Of a stretch of 64,000 nt of DNA, positions 1-6,544 are shown piece after piece. The first letter of the stretch is position 1; each line of letters starts with the position of its first letter. The notes beneath the pieces were generated by a model. The model was not told the DNA's origin, did not search any database, and saw only the letters and a program-made list of their open reading frames with translations. Source of the DNA: an uncultured Pelagibacteraceae bacterium (GTDB taxonomy: Bacteria > Pseudomonadota > Alphaproteobacteria > Pelagibacterales > Pelagibacteraceae); contig CACKXG010000002.1 in NCBI GenBank assembly GCA_902604035.1, forward strand, positions 2,281 to 66,280, in the 5' to 3' direction. Position numbers and translations under genes: made by a program.

Positions 1-229
1 AAAATGGCCTCGTGGAGAAATGGGGTCACTTCCTGCTGATAGTGAGCAGTTTATGTTAATTGAAGATTTATACAAAACTGTAGAGAAGCTTCAGTCCACT
101 CAAGAAATGAACATGACTAATAAAGTCAATATAGAATTTTTACAAAAGCAAGTAGAGAAACTTTTAGAAGATGTTGAAAAACTAAAAGATGCAAATAGAG
201 AAATTAAATACACAAATGGAACCCATTAG
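1..229 (+). CDS. Phage protein with coiled-coil character, 5'-truncated by the window edge
   Basis: Frame open from base 2 (KWPRGEMGSLPADSEQFMLIED...); heptad-like EK-rich segments; overlaps the next gene. Confidence 0.7.
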   Translation, partial: KWPRGEMGSLPADSEQFMLIEDLYKTVEKLQSTQEMNMTNKVNIEFLQKQVEKLLEDVEKLKDANREIKYTNGTH

Positions 230-437
230 CACAGTAGTAGCGTTATGTATGTTTATAGCAGGAGAATTGAAAGAACACAGAATACAAGATGGGATGAGTG
301 ATTGTTTAAAAGGTAAGAGAGAAGCTGAAAGAACTAAATCATACAATGTTAATTATAAATGTGGAAAGGTAAAAGCAGAATTAGAAGTAAATATAGATGG
401 TTCAAAAGCTATCAAAAGGATTATTAAAGATGAGTAA
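216..437 (+). CDS. Small Cys-containing phage protein of unknown function
   Basis: ATG at 216 overlaps the upstream gene end; short hydrophobic N-terminus (TVVALCMFIAG) and three Cys; overlaps the small terminase start. Confidence 0.7.
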   Translation: MEPISTVVALCMFIAGELKEHRIQDGMSDCLKGKREAERTKSYNVNYKCGKVKAELEVNIDGSKAIKRIIKDE

Positions 438-660
438 AACATTAAAAGAATTACATGAAGTCTTAGCACAAGAATTGTTAAATCGTGTTAAAGACCCAGA
501 AGCGAAATCTAGTGACCTTAATGTTGCTAGACAGTTTTTAAAGGACAATGGTATTGAGGCAATTCCAGCAGACAACTCACCACTGAAAGCATTAGTGGAT
601 GAACTTCCATTTAATACAGAAGAGGAATTGGTTCTACATGGAAAACCAAATACCAACTAA
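430..660 (+). CDS. Terminase small subunit (T7 gp18-like DNA maturase A)
   Basis: LHEVLAQELL...DLNVARQFLKDNGI motif, immediately upstream of the large terminase; start moved to ATG 430. Confidence 0.85.
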   Translation: MSKTLKELHEVLAQELLNRVKDPEAKSSDLNVARQFLKDNGIEAIPADNSPLKALVDELPFNTEEELVLHGKPNTN

Positions 661-2305
661 ATTAAAAGACTTTAGAAATTTTTTATACTTAGTCTGGAAA
701 CATTTAGCATTACCACAGCCTACTAAGGTTCAGTATGATATTGCTAATTTTATTCAGTCTAAACATAAACGAATTGTAATTAATGCGTTTAGAGGAGTAG
801 GTAAATCATGGGTGACTTCAGCTTATGTATGTCACCAGTTATTATTAAATCCTCAATTAAACATATTAGTAGTCTCTGCATCTAAAAACAGAGCAGATGA
901 CTTCTCAACATTTACATTAAGACTTATTAATGAGATTGATGTTTTAGCTCACCTAAGACCTAGTGATGACCAGAGACAGTCAAAAGTGAGTTTCGATGTA
1001 AGACCTGCAAGAGCAAGTCATGCTCCTTCAGTTAAGTCCTTAGGAATTACAGGACAGATGACAGGCTCTCGAAGCGACCTGATAATTGCCGATGATGTTG
1101 AGTCAGCCAATAACTCTGCAACAATGGGTATGAGAGATAAACTTTCAGAACAAGTTAAAGAGTTTGAAAGTATTATCAAACCCCAAGGTCGCATAATTTT
1201 TCTTGGCACAATGCAGACAGAAATGTCTTTATATAACCTATTAACTACTAGAGGTTATAAACAAAGGGTTTGGCCTGCCAGGTATCCTACAGAAAAACAA
1301 GTAAGAAACTTTGGAGATACATTAGCTCCAATGATACGAAATACTTGGAATATAGATGAACAAGGAAAACCTACAGACCCAGATAGATTTGACGATGAAG
1401 ACCTAAACAAAAGGAAACTTAGTTATGGTGCTTCTGGTTTTAATCTACAGTTCATGCTGGATACTTCGCTTAGTGATGAAAATAAATATCCATTAAAACT
1501 TAATGATTTAGTGGTTATGTCATTAAACCCAAGTACAGCTCCAGAAAAAGTTATATGGGCTTCTAGTCCAGAACTTAAACACGAGGAGCTACCATGCGTA
1601 GGTTTACATTCGGATGCTTTCTATAGGCCAATGCAAATACAAGGTGACTGGATGGAATACCAAGGTTCAGTATTAGCTATAGACCCTAGTGGGAGAGGGG
1701 ATAACGAGACAAGTTATGCCTGTGCGAAGATGTTGAATGGTAATGTCTTTATCACCGATGCTGGTGGTTTAGTTGGTGGTTATACCGACAAGACACTTCA
1801 ATCAATCGCTAACATTGCGAAACAACAAGAAGCAAATCTTATCTTGGTCGAGGAAAACTATGGAGGAGGTATGTTTACCAAACTTCTACTTCCTTTTGTC
1901 ACAAAAACCTATCCAGTCACAATAGAAGAAATTAGACATCAAGAAGCTAAAGAAAAAAGAATTATAGATACTTTAGAGCCATTGATGCAACAGCACAGAT
2001 TAATCATTGATAGTAATGTAGTGCACAAAGACTACAACTCTGCAAATGATATGTATGCTGTTGAGAAAGCATTAAGGTATCAATTGTTTTATCAAATGAG
2101 CCGAATAAGTAATATCAAAGGTTCATTAGCCATAGATGACCGATTAGACGTTCTCTCAATGGCTTGTAGGTATTGGGTAGAGCAACTGGCCAAAGACCAG
2201 GAGACTGCTCATATACAGAGGCGTGAGGAGGCTTTACGAGACGAATTAGATAGGTTCTTAGACCATCAACAGTTTTATAAAAGACCTTCAAACAAATGGA
2301 TGTAA
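638..2305 (+). CDS. Terminase large subunit (T7 gp19-like DNA maturase B)
   Basis: Walker A AFRGVGKS, GSRSDLIIADDVE Walker B region, nuclease motifs IDPSGRG and DDRLD; start likely ATG 638 after GAGGA. Confidence 0.95.
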   Translation: MENQIPTKLKDFRNFLYLVWKHLALPQPTKVQYDIANFIQSKHKRIVINAFRGVGKSWVTSAYVCHQLLLNPQLNILVVSASKNRADDFSTFTLRLINEIDVLAHLRPSDDQRQSKVSFDVRPARASHAPSVKSLGITGQMTGSRSDLIIADDVESANNSATMGMRDKLSEQVKEFESIIKPQGRIIFLGTMQTEMSLYNLLTTRGYKQRVWPARYPTEKQVRNFGDTLAPMIRNTWNIDEQGKPTDPDRFDDEDLNKRKLSYGASGFNLQFMLDTSLSDENKYPLKLNDLVVMSLNPSTAPEKVIWASSPELKHEELPCVGLHSDAFYRPMQIQGDWMEYQGSVLAIDPSGRGDNETSYACAKMLNGNVFITDAGGLVGGYTDKTLQSIANIAKQQEANLILVEENYGGGMFTKLLLPFVTKTYPVTIEEIRHQEAKEKRIIDTLEPLMQQHRLIIDSNVVHKDYNSANDMYAVEKALRYQLFYQMSRISNIKGSLAIDDRLDVLSMACRYWVEQLAKDQETAHIQRREEALRDELDRFLDHQQFYKRPSNKWM

Positions 2306-2327
2306 AACACATGGACACTATTAGATA
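2306..2327 (+). promoter_or_regulatory. Candidate phage RNA polymerase promoter near the right genome end
   Basis: AACACATGGACACTATTAGATA, 17/22 identical to 3091-3112; core GACACTAT resembles the SP6 promoter. Confidence 0.5.
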
Positions 2328-2410
2328 TGGGGGTTCAACACTAGCTACTATAGGAGTATACCTAAGGTAAACTAATAGAGTTAGTTAGAAATCCATTACT
2401 TATTATCATT

Positions 2411-2638
2411 ATGAATATTAATAATATTATATACCTAGCTAAACTTATGGATGAAGATGGAGATAAACTTCAGCATAAGCCTATGGAACCAGATTATTTT
2501 AAACTTCATAAACCTAAGTTGATGCTGGTGGTTGATAATACAAAGAGGAAACCTAAGAAGACAATTGGTTTTGACACATATCTTGATAAGAACCTAGTGG
2601 GTTTCTTTGAGTTTTTGTTTGATAAAGCAGATGTCTAA
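2411..2638 (+). CDS. Hypothetical phage protein after terminase
   Basis: 75-aa ORF with no clear SD; overlaps short ACCTAAG/ACCTAG repeats. Confidence 0.4.
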   Translation: MNINNIIYLAKLMDEDGDKLQHKPMEPDYFKLHKPKLMLVVDNTKRKPKKTIGFDTYLDKNLVGFFEFLFDKADV

Positions 2639-2639
2639 A

Positions 2640-2900
2640 TAATTTGGTACAAATTTCCGAGGGGGTCACGCAATATGCCAGGAAAAATTTTCCCCCAATT
2701 GGCTTAAAAAATAATAAAAAAGATAGGCCAGGTGCACTAATGCACAAAAAATTAATTGTTTATGGTCTATAAATATAGCAATTACTTATTTTGTTAGTAG
2801 ACTTTAGAACTATTTACACAATAAAAGCTTAATATTTACATTCAAAGCGCTGAAATTTTTTGTTGCGCTTCAATGTGCTCTTATCTGTTTTAAACTTTTT
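2640..2900. other. Non-coding region probably containing the single joined direct terminal repeat of the circularised phage genome
   Basis: Gene-free gap between the last late gene (terminase) and the first early genes; contains GGGGG/CCCCC runs and short palindromes (GGAAAAATTTTCC, GTGCACTAATGCAC); boundaries not determinable. Confidence 0.45.
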
Positions 2901-2924
2901 AAATTAAGTTCCACTATAGGAGAC

Positions 2925-3098
2925 ATGACAACAACACAAGACAAAGCCAGGACAATACAAAAGCTGGAGGACATACTGGACAGCCTTTGTAGATTAACCA
3001 ATAGAAATATTACTGTAATATATCCAGAAGATAAAAAAGAAATAATTCCATATCTTAAAAAAGAGATAATTAAGACGCTTGACCAGGTGGAACAGTAG
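2925..3098 (+). CDS. Small phage protein, 57 aa (MTTTQDKARTIQKLEDILDSLCRL...), not in the ORF track
   Basis: AGGAG SD directly upstream of ATG 2925 (short spacing); open frame to TAG 3096-3098. Confidence 0.6.
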   Translation: MTTTQDKARTIQKLEDILDSLCRLTNRNITVIYPEDKKEIIPYLKKEIIKTLDQVEQ

Positions 3099-3112
3099 GA
3101 CACTATTGAATA
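3091..3112 (+). promoter_or_regulatory. Candidate phage RNA polymerase promoter near the left genome end
   Basis: AACAGTAGGACACTATTGAATA, second copy of the 2306-2327 motif. Confidence 0.5.
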
Positions 3113-3122
3113 AGAGCCAAAA

Positions 3123-3233
3123 ACTACACCAGCGTAGCTAGTTTATAATCATTCTAAAGTAGGTAAAAAATAATTAAATTAATGTATTGACTACACCAGC
3201 GTAGCTAGTTTATAACTACTACACCAGCGTAGC
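3123..3233 (+). repeat. Three direct copies of ACTACACCAGCGTAGC (3123, 3190, 3218); the first two extend to 26 identical bp; operator-like pseudo-palindrome CTAC-N6-GTAG
   Basis: Read directly from the sequence. Confidence 0.9.
3187..3216 (+). promoter_or_regulatory. Host sigma70-type early promoter (TTGACT-N18-TATAAC) driving ardA
   Basis: -35 at 3187-3192, -10 at 3211-3216, AT-rich upstream element; a repeat copy fills the spacer. Confidence 0.7.
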
Positions 3234-3263
3234 AAAAAAAGCTGGTAGAAAGTGAAGGCAATA

Positions 3264-3779
3264 ATGACAAATAATAATGATAACCAAATATATGTAGCCT
3301 GCCTGGCTTCATATAATTCTGGCGTATTACATGGTGAATGGATAACGCCAAAAGCAGACAAAGACGAGCTTCAGGAACAAATTAACAAAGTTCTAAAAAG
3401 CTCACCAATTGAAGGCGCTGAAGAGTGGGCTATTCATGACTACAATGATTTTCCAAACCTTGGAGAATATCCAGGCTTAGACAATATCATTAAAGTCCAG
3501 GAAGCTATAGACGAGCATGGTGCTGACATTGTTCATGGCTTCTTAGAGAATTGGAGCATTGAAGACTTAGACCATATAGGCGATGCGTACTATGGTCATT
3601 ATGATGACTTTAGTAGTTTTGCAGAAAATCTAGCTCATGACACAATTGAAGGCTTGAATGAAGACACTACACTTTCAAGATATTTTGATTATGACGCTTT
3701 TGAAAGAGACTTAAAGCACGATTTCCATGAAGCTGAAGGCTCTAATGGTCAATCAATTATTTTTAACTGTAATTGGTAG
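3264..3779 (+). CDS. ardA: Antirestriction protein ArdA (DNA mimic, type I R-M inhibitor)
   Basis: IYVACLASYNSGVLHGEWI, EEWAIHDY and YFDYDAFERDL motifs; very Asp/Glu-rich; start ATG 3264 (alternative GTG 3252). Confidence 0.88.
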   Translation: MTNNNDNQIYVACLASYNSGVLHGEWITPKADKDELQEQINKVLKSSPIEGAEEWAIHDYNDFPNLGEYPGLDNIIKVQEAIDEHGADIVHGFLENWSIEDLDHIGDAYYGHYDDFSSFAENLAHDTIEGLNEDTTLSRYFDYDAFERDLKHDFHEAEGSNGQSIIFNCNW

Positions 3780-3785
3780 GAGTTT

Positions 3786-4118
3786 ATGAAAAATAAAAGA
3801 ATGTCAATTTATGCTGTCCAGGTTCCATTAACTAAGGCAAAATTATTTAAGTCTTTCAATTTGCCTTCATGGAGTTTTGACTCTGAAAATAATATAACAA
3901 TTAAAAAATTGAGCACAGCCACAAGCTGGCCAGAGTGGTATACACAGCTTAAAAAATGCTCAAGGGAGGGCAATGGCTTTAAAATAGAGTTATACAAGAG
4001 GCCACACTGTGGAATTGTTAAAAAAGTAATTCCAAACATGGAGCCCAAACAACCAATTTTAAATCCAGAAATTATAGCAGACAGCTCGAAGCCTGCCTGG
4101 ATACAAAAAACAAAATAA
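3786..4118 (+). CDS. Early phage protein of unknown function
   Basis: AGGAG SD overlapping the ardA stop; 110 aa, basic. Confidence 0.7.
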   Translation: MKNKRMSIYAVQVPLTKAKLFKSFNLPSWSFDSENNITIKKLSTATSWPEWYTQLKKCSREGNGFKIELYKRPHCGIVKKVIPNMEPKQPILNPEIIADSSKPAWIQKTK

Positions 4119-4131
4119 TTAAGTAAAAATT

Positions 4132-4165
4132 AGGCCTGGTTGCGTATCTCTTCCAGGCCTTTTTT
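4132..4165 (+). terminator. Intrinsic terminator after the ardA operon
   Basis: AGGCCTGG-13 nt-CCAGGCCT followed by TTTTT. Confidence 0.8.
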
Positions 4166-4167
4166 GT

Positions 4168-4200
4168 GCCTGGTAGTCCAGGTAGATTTTTTTATTTTTT
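4168..4200 (+). terminator. Second tandem terminator-like hairpin
   Basis: GCCTGG-TAGT-CCAGGT followed by long T runs. Confidence 0.5.
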
Positions 4201-4246
4201 ACTGGCTCTTACATTTTAATTTATAAATTGATATATCTCTTACGCT

Positions 4247-5131
4247 ATGGGCAGAAGACCAAGAAAGAAATTAGATAAAAATATTCAATCTTTTATTAAA
4301 GATAAATATTATTCAAGGTCAGAATTTTCAGATATTTTTGATGACTTTTTTAAAGATTATAAACCAAAAAGAACAAAGCCTCTTACAAGTATATTTGATG
4401 ATTTTTTTGAAAATGAACAAAAAGCATTAAAGACTATTAAGAGTTGGAAGCCTGCAACTAATTCAGCTCAAGCTATAAAAAAAGTTTCAGAAAATTCACA
4501 ATCTCTTACACAAAAAGCACAAAGAGAAAAACATAGACAAGCTACAAATCTTGGTGGTGGAAGAGTAAGAAAACAAAAATTTAAAGTGAGTGAGTTAGCT
4601 CCTCTTGTGTCCAGATTTGGTGAGAGAACTAAAATAGGTGCAGATGGAAAAACCTATCACAATGTAGGTGATGATAAATTCTTAACTTATATGTATGACC
4701 ATGAATTAAAAACTCCATACGATATAATTAAAGCCCATGGTAAACAGAAGAAAAAGTTTAATTTAGCAGAGGATGACTGGGAAACTCTTACAATCATATT
4801 AAGAAGTATTAATATGACACCACAGGAAGCATTAGATTATTCTATTGGTTCAGTGCAGACTAAAAAAAGGTTCCTGGAGTTAAGACTATTTAGGGAGTAT
4901 GAAAAAAACTCTAAGTTAGCTATTAATAATTTTATAAAAATTTACAGAAAACATTTAAAAACAAAACAACCTCTTAAGGTTTTTGCAGTATCAAAACCAT
5001 TTAAAGATTGGTGTATTGAAGAAGATTTATATTTTAATTCAGATGAGAATTTGAGACAGAATATAAAGTTAATGGTTGTTGCCTGGAATAAAGATAATCC
5101 AAAAGATAAACTTCCATTAAAAATAAAATAA
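4247..5131 (+). CDS. Basic 294-aa phage orphan protein, possibly expressed independently (moron-like)
   Basis: Long ORF behind tandem terminators; no SD; N-terminal GRRPRKK; duplicated IFDDFF motif; family not recognised. Confidence 0.75.
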   Translation: MGRRPRKKLDKNIQSFIKDKYYSRSEFSDIFDDFFKDYKPKRTKPLTSIFDDFFENEQKALKTIKSWKPATNSAQAIKKVSENSQSLTQKAQREKHRQATNLGGGRVRKQKFKVSELAPLVSRFGERTKIGADGKTYHNVGDDKFLTYMYDHELKTPYDIIKAHGKQKKKFNLAEDDWETLTIILRSINMTPQEALDYSIGSVQTKKRFLELRLFREYEKNSKLAINNFIKIYRKHLKTKQPLKVFAVSKPFKDWCIEEDLYFNSDENLRQNIKLMVVAWNKDNPKDKLPLKIK

Positions 5132-5199
5132 CCACAAAGTAGTACATAATTAGGTTGCCCTCTTGGAGAGAAAAGTTCCCTTATTAGACAGATAACTTC

Positions 5200-5250
5200 T
5201 TCCACCACAGCACAGTGGAACAAACACGCTTCCACCACAAAGCTGTGGAA
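5200..5250. repeat. Tandem palindromes TTCCAC-N9-GTGGAA at a 30-bp period (5200-5220, 5230-5250)
   Basis: Read directly; both spacers begin CACA. Confidence 0.85.
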
Positions 5251-5293
5251 TTACTACCATTTAATTATTTTAGGCTAGATGTTATTTGCTTCT

Positions 5294-5362
5294 TGTTGGC
5301 TCTTACTGGGTCTTTGATTAGCCTTCCTGGTTAATCCTTTCTTTCTACCATGAGAGCCAACA
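5294..5362 (+). other. Long stem-loop in the leader of the RHH gene (possible RNase III site or structured RNA)
   Basis: Perfect 10-bp stem TGTTGGCTCT/AGAGCCAACA enclosing the inner hairpin GATTAGCC/GGTTAATC. Confidence 0.55.
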
Positions 5363-5391
5363 TTATTAACAAGTGAAACAGTGAGGTAAAA

Positions 5392-5622
5392 ATGACAGAT
5401 ACTACTAAGTATAAATCAGTGTGTGTAAAGCATACTACAGACAATCAATTGAAAGACCTATCAGCAGTAAGTGAAATTCCTGTAAGTAAATCAGCAATGA
5501 TTTCACATTTAGTTGATAAAGAGTGGAAGCAAAAGGTGCTCAATTTTAAACCAAAAAAAGTTGGGCTTTTTGCATGTCTCTTTTCTAGGTCTTCTAGTGA
5601 GGGTAAATCAAATGACAATTGA
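5392..5622 (+). CDS. Ribbon-helix-helix (CopG/Arc-like) DNA-binding protein
   Basis: GAGGT SD; KYKSVCV beta strand followed by two helices (DNQLKDLS, SKSAMISHLV). Confidence 0.6.
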   Translation: MTDTTKYKSVCVKHTTDNQLKDLSAVSEIPVSKSAMISHLVDKEWKQKVLNFKPKKVGLFACLFSRSSSEGKSNDN

Positions 5623-5821
5623 TAAAACAGTAGTCCTAGTATCAGACAAAGGACTAAATAAAAGACAGCTATTCGTTGAGAGCAAACCTGTTGTTGCAGG
5701 TAAGATACGAAGCTACATCAATTCGTTCAAAGAGATTAGAAAAACAGTTAAGGAAACTTATCCTTCAGCTAAATTCTATTTCAGAGAAGTAGACGAATTG
5801 CAAAAGCCAATCCTGGAATAG
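5612..5821 (+). CDS. Early phage protein of unknown function (69 aa)
   Basis: GAGGG SD before ATG 5612, overlapping the previous stop; in frame with track ORF 5513..5821. Confidence 0.65.
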   Translation: MTIDKTVVLVSDKGLNKRQLFVESKPVVAGKIRSYINSFKEIRKTVKETYPSAKFYFREVDELQKPILE

Positions 5822-5833
5822 TAGCAAGTTGTA

Positions 5834-6106
5834 ATGTCTGATTATTATAAAACTAATACACTGGGATTACCGAAACAACTCATGTTTGAAACAATCTCTG
5901 ATTTTATAAAATTTTATTCACAACGAAAATTTTATTTGACAAGTGCAAATCAAATCAGCTATTTAGTAAGTAGTTCTTATCAGAGCAGAAACAACGAACA
6001 AATAATCAGCAACAACGAAACACGAAACAAGCCAATTAACATATTGTCTCGTTCTATGGATGTTCCATTGAATAACAATATGAAAATTATAAGGAGAACT
6101 TTATGA
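5834..6106 (+). CDS. Doubtful hypothetical phage ORF
   Basis: 90 aa with no SD; the 3' half is repetitive and Asn-rich and may be non-coding. Confidence 0.3.
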   Translation: MSDYYKTNTLGLPKQLMFETISDFIKFYSQRKFYLTSANQISYLVSSSYQSRNNEQIISNNETRNKPINILSRSMDVPLNNNMKIIRRTL

Positions 6107-6375
6107 AATATAAAAATTTAAATATTTATTTTGAAGATGTTTCGTATTGTGTTCCAACAGCAGGGCTTTTTAAGCAGACTTACAAGTCTCTTTTTGAGTT
6201 CAATAAGTACAAGGACAAGTTTGAAAAAGTATGGATGTTTAGGTTCCATAAATGGAGACTTGTTATTGCTATGGATAGGCTGATTGAGTTAGCTAAAGCT
6301 GGCCTGTATGACCAGGAATTGGATACAGAAGTAAAAGCTACTGGAACAGATACAAATATTACAAAATTACAGTAA
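6103..6375 (+). CDS. Early phage protein of unknown function (90 aa)
   Basis: AAGGAG SD upstream of ATG 6103. Confidence 0.7.
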   Translation: MKYKNLNIYFEDVSYCVPTAGLFKQTYKSLFEFNKYKDKFEKVWMFRFHKWRLVIAMDRLIELAKAGLYDQELDTEVKATGTDTNITKLQ

Positions 6376-6376
6376 A

Positions 6377-6424
6377 TACGCTAGTTAATATAACTTGACT
6401 AGCGTAGCAACCTTAATTTATAAA
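6377..6424 (+). promoter_or_regulatory. sigma70-type promoter (TTGACT-N18-TATAAA) for marR-int, overlapped by a 12-bp inverted repeat
   Basis: -35 at 6395-6400, -10 at 6419-6424; inverted repeat TACGCTAGTTAA (6377-6388) / TTGACTAGCGTA (6395-6406), 11/12 match. Confidence 0.7.
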
Positions 6425-6544
6425 GGTATTATGCAAGTGAATGGAATAAAAAATAATGGTGCGCTTCTTTTTGGTGGTAGAAGCTTTATAACAACAACAC
6501 CCAATCATTTTATTTGCTCAACAATAACAGAAAGGGAGACAACA

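Noticed and set aside
2912-2924. CACTATAGGAGA as a T7-type promoter (also CTACTATAGGAG near 2345)
   Set aside because: The upstream specificity region is not shared between the copies, and AGGAG is explained as the SD of the 57-aa ORF; the GGACACTATT motif is the better candidate
3123-3233. Repeats read as a mini CRISPR array
   Set aside because: Unequal spacing (67 and 28 bp), short repeats, no cas genes, and the copies overlap promoter elements
6395-6544. N-terminal 50 codons of track ORF 6395..6895
   Set aside because: The TTG is the -35 box; SD GGGAG supports ATG 6545
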